24,015 bases of DNA from an uncultured bacterium (GTDB lineage: Bacteria > T1Sed10-126), in NCBI GenBank assembly GCA_964566495.1, contig CAZMIT010000006.1, positions 1-24,015 on the forward strand. Direction: 5' to 3'. Below the pieces are notes generated by a model. The model ran no database searches and was not told the origin of the DNA. It worked only from the letters and a program-made list of their open reading frames with translations. A program made the translations under genes and the position numbers. This document shows, in pieces, positions 16,520-24,015 of this stretch. The stretch's first letter is position 1, and each line of letters starts with the position of its first letter.

Positions 16520-17158
16520 TCACCAGACAATTGCTAATAGAGTTCCTTGAATCACTGTCGTTATATCAATGAAAAAACGAAAAATCAGATGTAAAACTCC
16601 GCTCATTAATAGTAACAAAAAACCAAAAAATACCACATAACTGTTACGTTCCAACCAACGCTCGGTTTCGGCTGAGGCAAAGTAACGAAAGACACTCGCA
16701 CCGTCAAGCGGCGGCACCGGAATCATATTGAAGACTGCTAAAATTACATTTATTCGAGTATTAAACTGCAGTAGCAAATATAGCCCGTCAACCAGTCCAA
16801 GAAAGGGATAAAAAATTACGGTAAGCAGAATACTCGTCGTTGCCAGGGCCAGGTTGGCACCGGGGCCGGCCAGTGAGACTATCACTCTATCACGGCTTGG
16901 ATAATTAAGGTTTGTCGTGTTCACCGGCACCGGTTTTGCCCAGCCGAACACGTAGCCGCCGGTCATAATCAACAGCGCCGGCAGCAGCACCGTCCCAAAT
17001 AGATCCACGTGAACTAACGGATTAAGCGAAATCCGGCCCATCCTCTCGGCGGTTGGATCTCCACATCTTTTTGCCGCATAACCGTGTGCCGATTCGTGCG
17101 CACTTATCGCCAGGGCGAACACAGCGACCATCAAGAATATACTGCCCGGATCAGCCAT
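16520..17158 (-). CDS. Site-2 protease, peptidase M50 family
   Basis: HESAH, GDPTA...GRISLNPLVHVD, GWAKPVPVN, SLAGP, FNMIPVPPLDG. Confidence 0.95.
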   Translation of the reverse strand: MADPGSIFLMVAVFALAISAHESAHGYAAKRCGDPTAERMGRISLNPLVHVDLFGTVLLPALLIMTGGYVFGWAKPVPVNTTNLNYPSRDRVIVSLAGPGANLALATTSILLTVIFYPFLGLVDGLYLLLQFNTRINVILAVFNMIPVPPLDGASVFRYFASAETERWLERNSYVVFFGFLLLLMSGVLHLIFRFFIDITTVIQGTLLAIVW

Positions 17159-18800
17159 CTTTTTTCACTTCCTCCAGCAATTCCTGGGCCTGTTGACGGG
17201 AAACCTGAGACTCCGCGTCCCCCGACAGCAGCCGGCAAATCTCGTCCAATCTCTCCTCGCCCTCCAACGTCCTCGCTTTTATTTCCACGTCTTCCTCCCT
17301 GTCCTCCCTTTCGATCGCCAGATGCCGGTCGGCAAAAACACTAACCAGGGGCAGATGAGTTATACAAATGACCTGGTGATAACGGGCGAGTTCAGACAAT
17401 ACCTTGCCGACACTGCGCGCTTCTTCCCCTGAAATTCCAACGTCTATTTCATCAAAGACCAGCACCGGCGTTGTATCCGCAGCGGCAAGCGCCGCCTTCA
17501 CCGCCAGCAGAACCCGGGATATCTCGCCGCCGGAGATGCGACTGGCCAGCTCAGCCGGCGGTTCCGAACTGTGCGAGGAAAACAACCATTTGACCTCGTC
17601 GGCCCCCTCCGGCCCCGGCTCCACCTGCGTAACTTCAACCCGAAATTCAGCTTTTTCCAGATCCAGCACCTGCAAACGCTTGACTATCTTCTTTTCCAGC
17701 CTTTTAGCTGCTTCACCACGACACCGGGAGAGTTCTCCCGCCCGTGACCTTACTTTATCCTCCAGCTCCTCTCGGCGCTCGCCCAGCACCTTCAGCCGCT
17801 CTTCTATCTTCGCCAACTGATCAAGCTCTTCACGCAGCTCCCTGTAGTGGATAAACAGGGCTTCCGGGGCTACCTTGTATTTACGGCTTAACTCAAGCCA
17901 TTTTCCCCTGCGCTTTAGTAGCTGTTCGTATTGATGCCCGGAAAAGCTTATCCCCTCACGAAATTCTCGCAAACGCTGGCGATACTCTTCTAATTTTTTA
18001 TCCATCTCCGATAGCTCATCCGGCCAATCTTCCAGCTCGTTCGTCTGTTCCGTGATCGTCCTCAGGTTGTCCTGCAGCAGTTTCAAGCCGTCCGTCAGCC
18101 CCCCCTCCGCCTCCAGGCGACCAAGCGATTCGCGCACACAGCGGTCAATGTCTTCAAAATTTTCCATCTGCCTCCGCTCGTCTTCTATCTCTTGCCATTC
18201 CCCCTCAGCCGGCGAAAACTCCTCCAGCTCTTCAATTTGATACTCAAGCAGCTGTTTCTCCTTGTCCGCTTTCTCTCGTCTATTCTTTAATTTCTCTATT
18301 TTTTCTCTTACTTCCCTGTATTGCTCAAAAATCTCTTTGTATTCTTTCAGCACCTCTTCGTGGCCGCCAAATTTATCGAGCACTATTCTCGGGTAGGCCG
18401 CTGAAAATACATTCTGGTTCTCGTGCTGACCGTGAAAGTCAATCAAATCTCGACGTAACTTCTGCAGACTTTTCAACCGCACCCGCTCGCCATTCAAATA
18501 AGCGGGACTCTTACGTGAGTTTTTCAGCACCCGGCGGCAATGTATCTCCTCCGCTTTTCCTAAACCGCACGGTAAATTTAGTTCTGCTTCTGGATTAAAA
18601 AATACTGACACCACGGCTGGTTGGTCGCCGGACGGTAAAAGATCATAGTCAGCCCGAGCGCCGAGAGAGAGCCTTAAGGCTCTCAGCAAAAGTGTCTTAC
18701 CCGATCCTGTCGGGCCGGTAATGACGTTTAAACCCTCCCCCAGGTCAACCTCAATTTCATCAATCAGCGCCAGGTTTTTTACCGTCACCGACTCTAACAT
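17151..18800 (-). CDS. recN: DNA repair protein RecN
   Basis: Walker A ITGPTGSGKT, DFHGQHE, coiled coil, ISGGE, VFDEIDVG, CITHLP. Confidence 0.95.
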   Translation of the reverse strand: MLESVTVKNLALIDEIEVDLGEGLNVITGPTGSGKTLLLRALRLSLGARADYDLLPSGDQPAVVSVFFNPEAELNLPCGLGKAEEIHCRRVLKNSRKSPAYLNGERVRLKSLQKLRRDLIDFHGQHENQNVFSAAYPRIVLDKFGGHEEVLKEYKEIFEQYREVREKIEKLKNRREKADKEKQLLEYQIEELEEFSPAEGEWQEIEDERRQMENFEDIDRCVRESLGRLEAEGGLTDGLKLLQDNLRTITEQTNELEDWPDELSEMDKKLEEYRQRLREFREGISFSGHQYEQLLKRRGKWLELSRKYKVAPEALFIHYRELREELDQLAKIEERLKVLGERREELEDKVRSRAGELSRCRGEAAKRLEKKIVKRLQVLDLEKAEFRVEVTQVEPGPEGADEVKWLFSSHSSEPPAELASRISGGEISRVLLAVKAALAAADTTPVLVFDEIDVGISGEEARSVGKVLSELARYHQVICITHLPLVSVFADRHLAIEREDREEDVEIKARTLEGEERLDEICRLLSGDAESQVSRQQAQELLEEVKKDG

Positions 18801-18834
18801 TTGCGATTCACCAAAAATTAAATTTTTGACCCCG

Positions 18835-19563
18835 TCACTTTTCTACCAGCATTAAATACTCCTGGTTACCTTCTTCGCCCCTTAAAGGAGCTGGGGCCGT
18901 CTCAACTACACGCCAGCCTTTTTCTTCCCAGCCGGCACGCACTCGCTCAAGAATTTTTTGCCGCAGCGTCTCGCTCTCAATTACCCCGTCTCCAACTTCC
19001 TCCTTGTTTGCCTCAAACTGTGGTTTTACGAGAACTATCCCCGCCGGCGTCTCTGTCATAACTATTTCCAGGGGGTCGATCAACTTCAAGCTGGAGATAA
19101 AAGAGACGTCCATTACGAAAATTTGCGGTGGCGGTTGAAAATCATCGCTCTGGGCGTGGCGAAAGTTGTAACGATCCAGCCTGATAACTCGCTCATCACG
19201 CTGTAGTTTATAAGCAAGCTGACCATAACCGACGTCAACTGCATATACACGTTCAGCGCCCGCTCGCAGGAGCGCTTCCGTAAATCCGCCCGTCGATGCT
19301 CCCACATCAAGAGCCCGCTTCCCCTCTACCTTAAGCCAGCCTTCTTCCAGCACCGGCCATATCTTTTCGCCCCCCCTGCCCACCCAGGCCGGGTCGTCAC
19401 TTTTTATTTTTAATTCAGCCCCCGGTTTCACTAATGATCTTTCTGATTTCACCGGTAAACCATCGGCTAATACCCTCCCCTCTTTAATCAGTCTCTCCGC
19501 TTCACTTAAATCTTTAACCAGCTCTTGTGCAACCAGTAGCTCGGTAACTTTTTCATTCTTCAC
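18835..19563 (-). CDS. tlyA: TlyA family rRNA (cytidine-2'-O)-methyltransferase
   Basis: S4-like N-terminus, VGRGGEK, DVGASTGGFT, VDVGYGQL, DVSFIS, LVKPQFE, GNQEY; GTG start overlaps the end of dxs. Confidence 0.95.
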   Translation of the reverse strand: MKNEKVTELLVAQELVKDLSEAERLIKEGRVLADGLPVKSERSLVKPGAELKIKSDDPAWVGRGGEKIWPVLEEGWLKVEGKRALDVGASTGGFTEALLRAGAERVYAVDVGYGQLAYKLQRDERVIRLDRYNFRHAQSDDFQPPPQIFVMDVSFISSLKLIDPLEIVMTETPAGIVLVKPQFEANKEEVGDGVIESETLRQKILERVRAGWEEKGWRVVETAPAPLRGEEGNQEYLMLVEK

Positions 19564-21442
19564 TGCTGCCGAGTATCTCCCGTGTTGCCTCGGCTATCCC
19601 CTCGGGCGTCAGGCCAAAACGTTCTAAATATTGCTGCCGCGTCCCGTGAGATACTTTTCCCTCCGGTACGCCCAGTCTTTTGACCGGATAACGTTTTCCT
19701 CGCTCGTTTAAAAGTTCCAGCACCGCCGAACCAAAACCGCCCTCAAGTATCCCTTCCTCCACTGTCACCGCCGCTCCCGTTTTATCAAGCGATTTTAACA
19801 ATAAATTCTCATCGAGCGGTTTAGCCCAGCGAGCGTTTATTACCTCCGCCTCCACTCCTTCAGCCGCCAGCGACTCCGCCGCTGACTGTGCCGCATCTAC
19901 AAAAGGTCCGAGAACTATCAGACTCACCGCTTCTCCTTCCCGCACCAGCTCTCCTTTCCCTACCTCAATCTCTTCCAGCCCTGAAATTTCCGCCGCCTCA
20001 TCAGTTTCCACAGTGGCACGCGGGTAACGAACAGCTATTGGCCCTTCATTGTAATTGACAGCCGTTTTAATAAAAGACTGAAGACTATGGTCACTGCTTG
20101 GCGCGCCGATTGCTATTCCCGGCAACGAACGCAAGAAAGCAATGTCAAATATTCCCTGGTGGGTCTCTCCATCGCCGCCAACTATACCCGCCCGGTCAAG
20201 AAAGAATTTAACCGGTAGCTCCATTAAGCAGACGTCGTGAAAGACCTGGTCGTAAGCTCTCTGCAGAAAGGATGAGTAAATACAGGCCACCGGATTCTCT
20301 CCCTCAACGGCCAGACCGGCAGCAAAAGTAACCGCGTGCTCTTCAGCAATCCCTACGTCGTAAAATCGGTCGGGATATTCGTCTGCAAAAAATACCGTCC
20401 CCGTTCCTTTCCGCATTGCGGCTGTTATGACTACCAGTTCTTCGTCTTCTTCGCCCAGGTCACGCAGGGTTTCTCCCGCCCTCTGCGACCACTTCGGCGA
20501 CGACTCTTCCCTCGGTTTACCGGTTTTAATGTCGAATGGGCTAACGGCGTGATTCGCGTATTGATCCTCCGCTGCTGGCTCATATCCATGCCCTTTTTCC
20601 GTCAGCACATGCACAAACCGGGGCCCCTCAAATCTTTTGACTTTATTAAACTCCCGCACCAGCCGGTTAACGTCATGCCCGTCAACCGGACCAAAATAAC
20701 GGAAACCAAACTCCTCAAACATCAGCCGCGGTATTACAAGATTTTTTAAACTCATTTCAAATCGGCGGGCCAGGGCCGTGGCCTTGCGCCCCAAACGCTC
20801 CGGTCCACGGTCAAGTATTTTTTTGACTTCATCTTTCATCTGGTCGTAGGCCGGTAGATTAATCAGCCGGTCGAAATACTCGGTAATTGCTCCCACGTTC
20901 TCCGCAATTGCCATCCCGTTATCGTTTAACACCACTATCATATCCGTTTTTTGACCACCAGCGTTGTTTAAACCTTCATACGCCATACCACCGGTGAGCG
21001 AACCGTCTCCAATTATCGCCACCACCTCACCTTCATCTCCCCGCCGGGTAAGTGCCTCCGCTATCCCCGTCGCCGCCGAAATAGAGGTAGAAGCGTGACC
21101 GGCGTTAAATATGTCGTGTTTGGATTCGGAACGTTTTAAAAATCCGCTGAGCCCCCCCGGCTTGCGAATCGTATTCAACTTCGACGCTCGCCCCGTTAAC
21201 ATCTTGTGTATGTAAGCCTGGTGACCAACGTCCCAGACTAACCTGTCCTTCGGCGACTCAAATACATAGTGCAGGGCCACCGTCAGCTCCACCGCTCCCA
21301 GGTTCGGACCAAAATGCCCCCCCGTTTGGGAAATGGTCTCAATCAACTTTTGACGACAGGCGGACGCCAGTTCTGCCAGTTCCTCCTCCGGCAGTTCCTG
21401 AATATCTGCCGGTGATTCAATCTCGTCAACTGAAAAATCCAT
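19553..21442 (-). CDS. dxs: 1-deoxy-D-xylulose-5-phosphate synthase
   Basis: GGHFGPNLG, WDVGHQAY, GDGSLTGGMAYEGLN, DVGIAEEHA, DRAG. SD GGAGG lies 8 nt before ATG 21442. Confidence 0.97.
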   Translation of the reverse strand: MDFSVDEIESPADIQELPEEELAELASACRQKLIETISQTGGHFGPNLGAVELTVALHYVFESPKDRLVWDVGHQAYIHKMLTGRASKLNTIRKPGGLSGFLKRSESKHDIFNAGHASTSISAATGIAEALTRRGDEGEVVAIIGDGSLTGGMAYEGLNNAGGQKTDMIVVLNDNGMAIAENVGAITEYFDRLINLPAYDQMKDEVKKILDRGPERLGRKATALARRFEMSLKNLVIPRLMFEEFGFRYFGPVDGHDVNRLVREFNKVKRFEGPRFVHVLTEKGHGYEPAAEDQYANHAVSPFDIKTGKPREESSPKWSQRAGETLRDLGEEDEELVVITAAMRKGTGTVFFADEYPDRFYDVGIAEEHAVTFAAGLAVEGENPVACIYSSFLQRAYDQVFHDVCLMELPVKFFLDRAGIVGGDGETHQGIFDIAFLRSLPGIAIGAPSSDHSLQSFIKTAVNYNEGPIAVRYPRATVETDEAAEISGLEEIEVGKGELVREGEAVSLIVLGPFVDAAQSAAESLAAEGVEAEVINARWAKPLDENLLLKSLDKTGAAVTVEEGILEGGFGSAVLELLNERGKRYPVKRLGVPEGKVSHGTRQQYLERFGLTPEGIAEATREILGSSEE

Positions 21443-21524
21443 CGCCACACCCTCCGTTATAAATCAGGTTCTACCCTTTAACTTTAAATTTAACCCCAAC
21501 TCGCTCCCCCACTTCCCATAACCT

Positions 21525-22415
21525 TCATTTCTCTCTGCTTATAACAAACCTCGCCAGCTCATTTAACCTCCCACCGGCTGTTGTAACTTCGTCCAGCATC
21601 CTACACGCCTCTTCGATCAACTGCCGCGCTCGCTGCTGCGATTTTTCAACCCCGAGCAGGGCAGGATAAGTCAATTTACCGGCTCGCTCGTCCGCCCCTG
21701 GCTCCTTTCCCAGCTTCTCAAAATCAGCTGTCACGTCAAGTAAGTCGTCTTTAATTTGAAAAGCATGGCCAATTAATTCACCAAATCGCCGCAACCCTTT
21801 CAGCAACTCCTCGTTTGCACCGCCGGCGATCCCCCCCAACAACAAACTGACTGTTATAAGAGCACCGGTCTTCCAACGGTGTATTGCCTTCAACTGCTCA
21901 AGATCTGCCTCGCGGTCCGCTGCCGTTATATCCAGTATTTGACCGCCAATTAACCCCTGAACTCCAATATGCTCGGTCAGCACTTCAAGCAATCGCGCCA
22001 CCGGCAGCTCTTCACCGGGCGCACTTAGATGACCGAGGACGTAAAAAGCTCGGGTTAACAACGCGTCTCCGGCCAAAATTGCTATGTCCTCACCAAATTT
22101 CTTGTGATTGGCCGGCTTGCCGCGTCTATAGTCGTCATCGTCCATCGCCGGCAAATCGTCGTGAACCAGCGAGTAGGCGTGAATCATCTCAATAAGCGCT
22201 GCCAGCCCGGCGGTAACCTCGTCATCTCGACCGGCGAGGCGCCCCGCCTCCAGGACCAGCACTCCGCGCAGCCGCTTGCCTCCGTTTAAAACACTGTAAC
22301 GTACCGCCTCCGTCAATATCTGCGGCTCGTCTTCGGAAGCCGGAAGCCACTCTTCAAGCGCCTCCTCAACACGCTGCCTCTGCTCTTCGTAAAAACCTGG
22401 AAGCCGGGCGGTCAT
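21525..22415 (-). CDS. ispA: Farnesyl/geranylgeranyl diphosphate synthase
   Basis: [51 protein letters not shown] 22415 follows the xseB stop directly. Confidence 0.95.
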   Translation of the reverse strand: MTARLPGFYEEQRQRVEEALEEWLPASEDEPQILTEAVRYSVLNGGKRLRGVLVLEAGRLAGRDDEVTAGLAALIEMIHAYSLVHDDLPAMDDDDYRRGKPANHKKFGEDIAILAGDALLTRAFYVLGHLSAPGEELPVARLLEVLTEHIGVQGLIGGQILDITAADREADLEQLKAIHRWKTGALITVSLLLGGIAGGANEELLKGLRRFGELIGHAFQIKDDLLDVTADFEKLGKEPGADERAGKLTYPALLGVEKSQQRARQLIEEACRMLDEVTTAGGRLNELARFVISREK

Positions 22416-22416
22416 T

Positions 22417-22659
22417 TTATTCCGGCTCCTCTTTCGGCAGCAGCTCCACCTGCTCGCCCCCCTGGTCGTCAACTTCCTCGACCAGCAGTTCCGCTTCCTC
22501 AAGTTTCTCTTCACAATATTTGATTAACTCCGCACCTCGACTGTAGCTCTGCATTGCTTCTTCTAACGAAAGCTCGCCGCTCTCCAGCGCCGACGCCAGC
22601 TCTTCCAACTGATCCATCGCCTCTCTAAAATTTTCCGGATCCGTTTGTTCACCACTCAT
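22417..22659 (-). CDS. xseB: Exodeoxyribonuclease VII small subunit
   Basis: FREAMDQLEEL...LESGELSLEEAM..YSRG..LIKYCEEKL..AE. Confidence 0.95.
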   Translation of the reverse strand: MSGEQTDPENFREAMDQLEELASALESGELSLEEAMQSYSRGAELIKYCEEKLEEAELLVEEVDDQGGEQVELLPKEEPE

Positions 22660-22713
22660 AAAAATCACCAATTCACTATTTTTAAGGTTTTTCGCCTTGC
22701 CCCCACAAAACTT

Positions 22714-23096
22714 CAGCTTAAAGCTTAAAGCCCAAAGCTAAAAGCTAAAACCGGTTTTCTTTGTTTTCGAATTAACGATTTTCTGCGCTCACCGATCACC
22801 GCTCTTCCGCCTGCTCGAATGTTCGAATGCTCGATTTTCCTTTGCGCCTTCGCGTTCCCCGCACTTGATCAACGATTTTGATCTTGACCTAAAGCTCGTC
22901 ATTCCGGCCCCCGAGCCGGAATCCAGTGGCTTTGACTTTGTCCTTGATTTTACTTTCCGCCTTCGCGTCTTTGCGCCTTCGCGTTCTCCGTTTTTGACTT
23001 TACGCCTGCTCGCATGCTCGCCTGTTCGCAGGCTCGATGTTTAACGCCCCGCCCCCTGCGCCGCGCTCCTTTCACCCACTCCCCCACTCCCCCCAT
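22714..23096. repeat. Mosaic of short (6-8 nt) tandem-repeat blocks around a central palindrome
   Basis: AAGCTWA-like x5, nnCGCTC-like x3, nnTGCTCG-like x3, CTTYGCGY x2, YTTGAY, GTCATTCCGGC..GCCGGAATCCAG, YTTGAY, CTTYGCGY x4, nnTGCTCG-like x4, degenerate heptamers, CCCCCACT-like x3. Confidence 0.9.
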
Positions 23097-23098
23097 CG

Positions 23099-24015
23099 CT
23101 AATCCTCCCCCACAACAACCCCAACCTCACCATCCCACCAGCGGATTCTCAACTCTTCCCCCGCCTCTACAGCCCTTGCCTCGGTAACCAGCTCCTCCCC
23201 CCGTTCTACCACTGTATACCCACGTTTCAAAACCCGCTCTGGATTCAACGATTCCAGCTTACCCCGCTGCTGGTCCCATTCGTGCCGTTTATCCCGCAAA
23301 TTTCTTCGATAATTATTATGAAACCTTTCCCGCCAGAGCTCTAACTTTTCTCGAAACGGTTTCACCCAGCCCAGCGGATCGGCAAATACCCGCTTTTCAC
23401 CCATAAATTGCAGCCGCTCCCAACCCCGATCTACACGGTTACGATAACTTGTTTTCATCCGTTTTTTAAACTCGCCCAGCTCCCGCTTCAACTCTTCCAG
23501 AGAAGGGGCCACTTCTTCGCCTGCCGCCGTCGGGGTCGGCGAGCGGTGATCGGCAACAAGATCGGAGATAGTGACGTCCACCTCGTGACCAACCGCACTG
23601 ATCACCGGCACCGGACAGTCAATAATCGCCCGTGCTACCTCTTCCTCGTTAAAAGCCCATAGATCTTCCGGGCTCCCACCTCCGCGCCCAACAATCATAC
23701 AATCAATATCCACGACTCCGGGTAACCGTTTTATCGCCGCCGCAACCTCCGGCGCCGCTTCACGCCCGTTTACCCGGCATGGATAGAGCACTACATGCAC
23801 GGCCGGACAGCGTCTTTTCAACGTATTAACTATGTCCCAGAAAGCCGCCCCGTCTCCCGATGTAACCACTCCAATTATCACCGGAAATTCAGGCAGAGCA
23901 CGCTTTCTTGCCGGCGACAGCGCCCCCTCTTTCTCCAGCTGTTCCTTCAACTTTTGAAATTCGCGCTCCAGCCCCCCTTCCCCGGCTTTTGACATTTCTT
24001 CGACCACAACTTGAT
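23099..24015 (-). CDS. xseA: Exodeoxyribonuclease VII large subunit (N-terminus outside the window)
   Basis: IGVVTS.DGAAFWD, IVGRGGGS.EDLWAFNEE, PVISAVGHEVD.TISDLVAD.RSPTPTAA, VLKRGY. Confidence 0.96.
   Translation of the reverse strand, partial: QVVVEEMSKAGEGGLEREFQKLKEQLEKEGALSPARKRALPEFPVIIGVVTSGDGAAFWDIVNTLKRRCPAVHVVLYPCRVNGREAAPEVAAAIKRLPGVVDIDCMIVGRGGGSPEDLWAFNEEEVARAIIDCPVPVISAVGHEVDVTISDLVADHRSPTPTAAGEEVAPSLEELKRELGEFKKRMKTSYRNRVDRGWERLQFMGEKRVFADPLGWVKPFREKLELWRERFHNNYRRNLRDKRHEWDQQRGKLESLNPERVLKRGYTVVERGEELVTEARAVEAGEELRIRWWDGEVGVVVGED

Noticed and set aside
22714..23096. CRISPR array interpretation of the xseA-xseB repeats
   Set aside because: The units are 6-8 nt tandem repeats of several families, not 23-47 nt repeats with unique spacers, and there are no cas genes in the window.
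760..23992. The many 60-150 aa alternative-frame and antisense ORFs (for example 2615-3019, 11665-12081, 12194-12640, 17404-17820, 20336-20749)
   Set aside because: All lie within or across well-supported genes and show no recognisable motifs; they are shadow ORFs.

Overview
This is a 24 kb bacterial core-genome window with no transposase, integrase, phage, CRISPR, rRNA or tRNA genes visible. It begins with the N-terminal part of lptD (minus strand, running off the window edge). A long plus-strand run follows: rplU-prp-rpmA-obgE-proB-proA-nadD-yqeK-LCP-rsfS-hpt-Lrp-aminotransferase-nucleosidase-like. Next come minus-strand GAF/HD-GYP-lptG, a plus-strand SH3b protein and a degenerate glycerol-dehydrogenase-like gene. 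The window ends with the minus-strand run xseA-xseB-ispA-dxs-tlyA-recN-site-2 protease. The gene order is Firmicutes-like, but LptD and LptG indicate a diderm. The most unusual signals are non-coding. (1) The ~440 bp xseA-xseB spacer is built from several short tandem-repeat families, nested symmetrically around a central palindrome. (2) A 138 nt three-way-junction element has a 27 bp stem whose only non-Watson-Crick pairs are G-U on the strand antisense to its neighbours. (3) A structured spacer lies between prp and rpmA, and a TAACCTGA motif sits at the end of each of rplU, prp and rpmA. On the protein side, Prp keeps its His/Cys dyad although L27 lacks the extension Prp normally cleaves, and the GldA-like and LCP-like proteins look like pseudo-enzymes.
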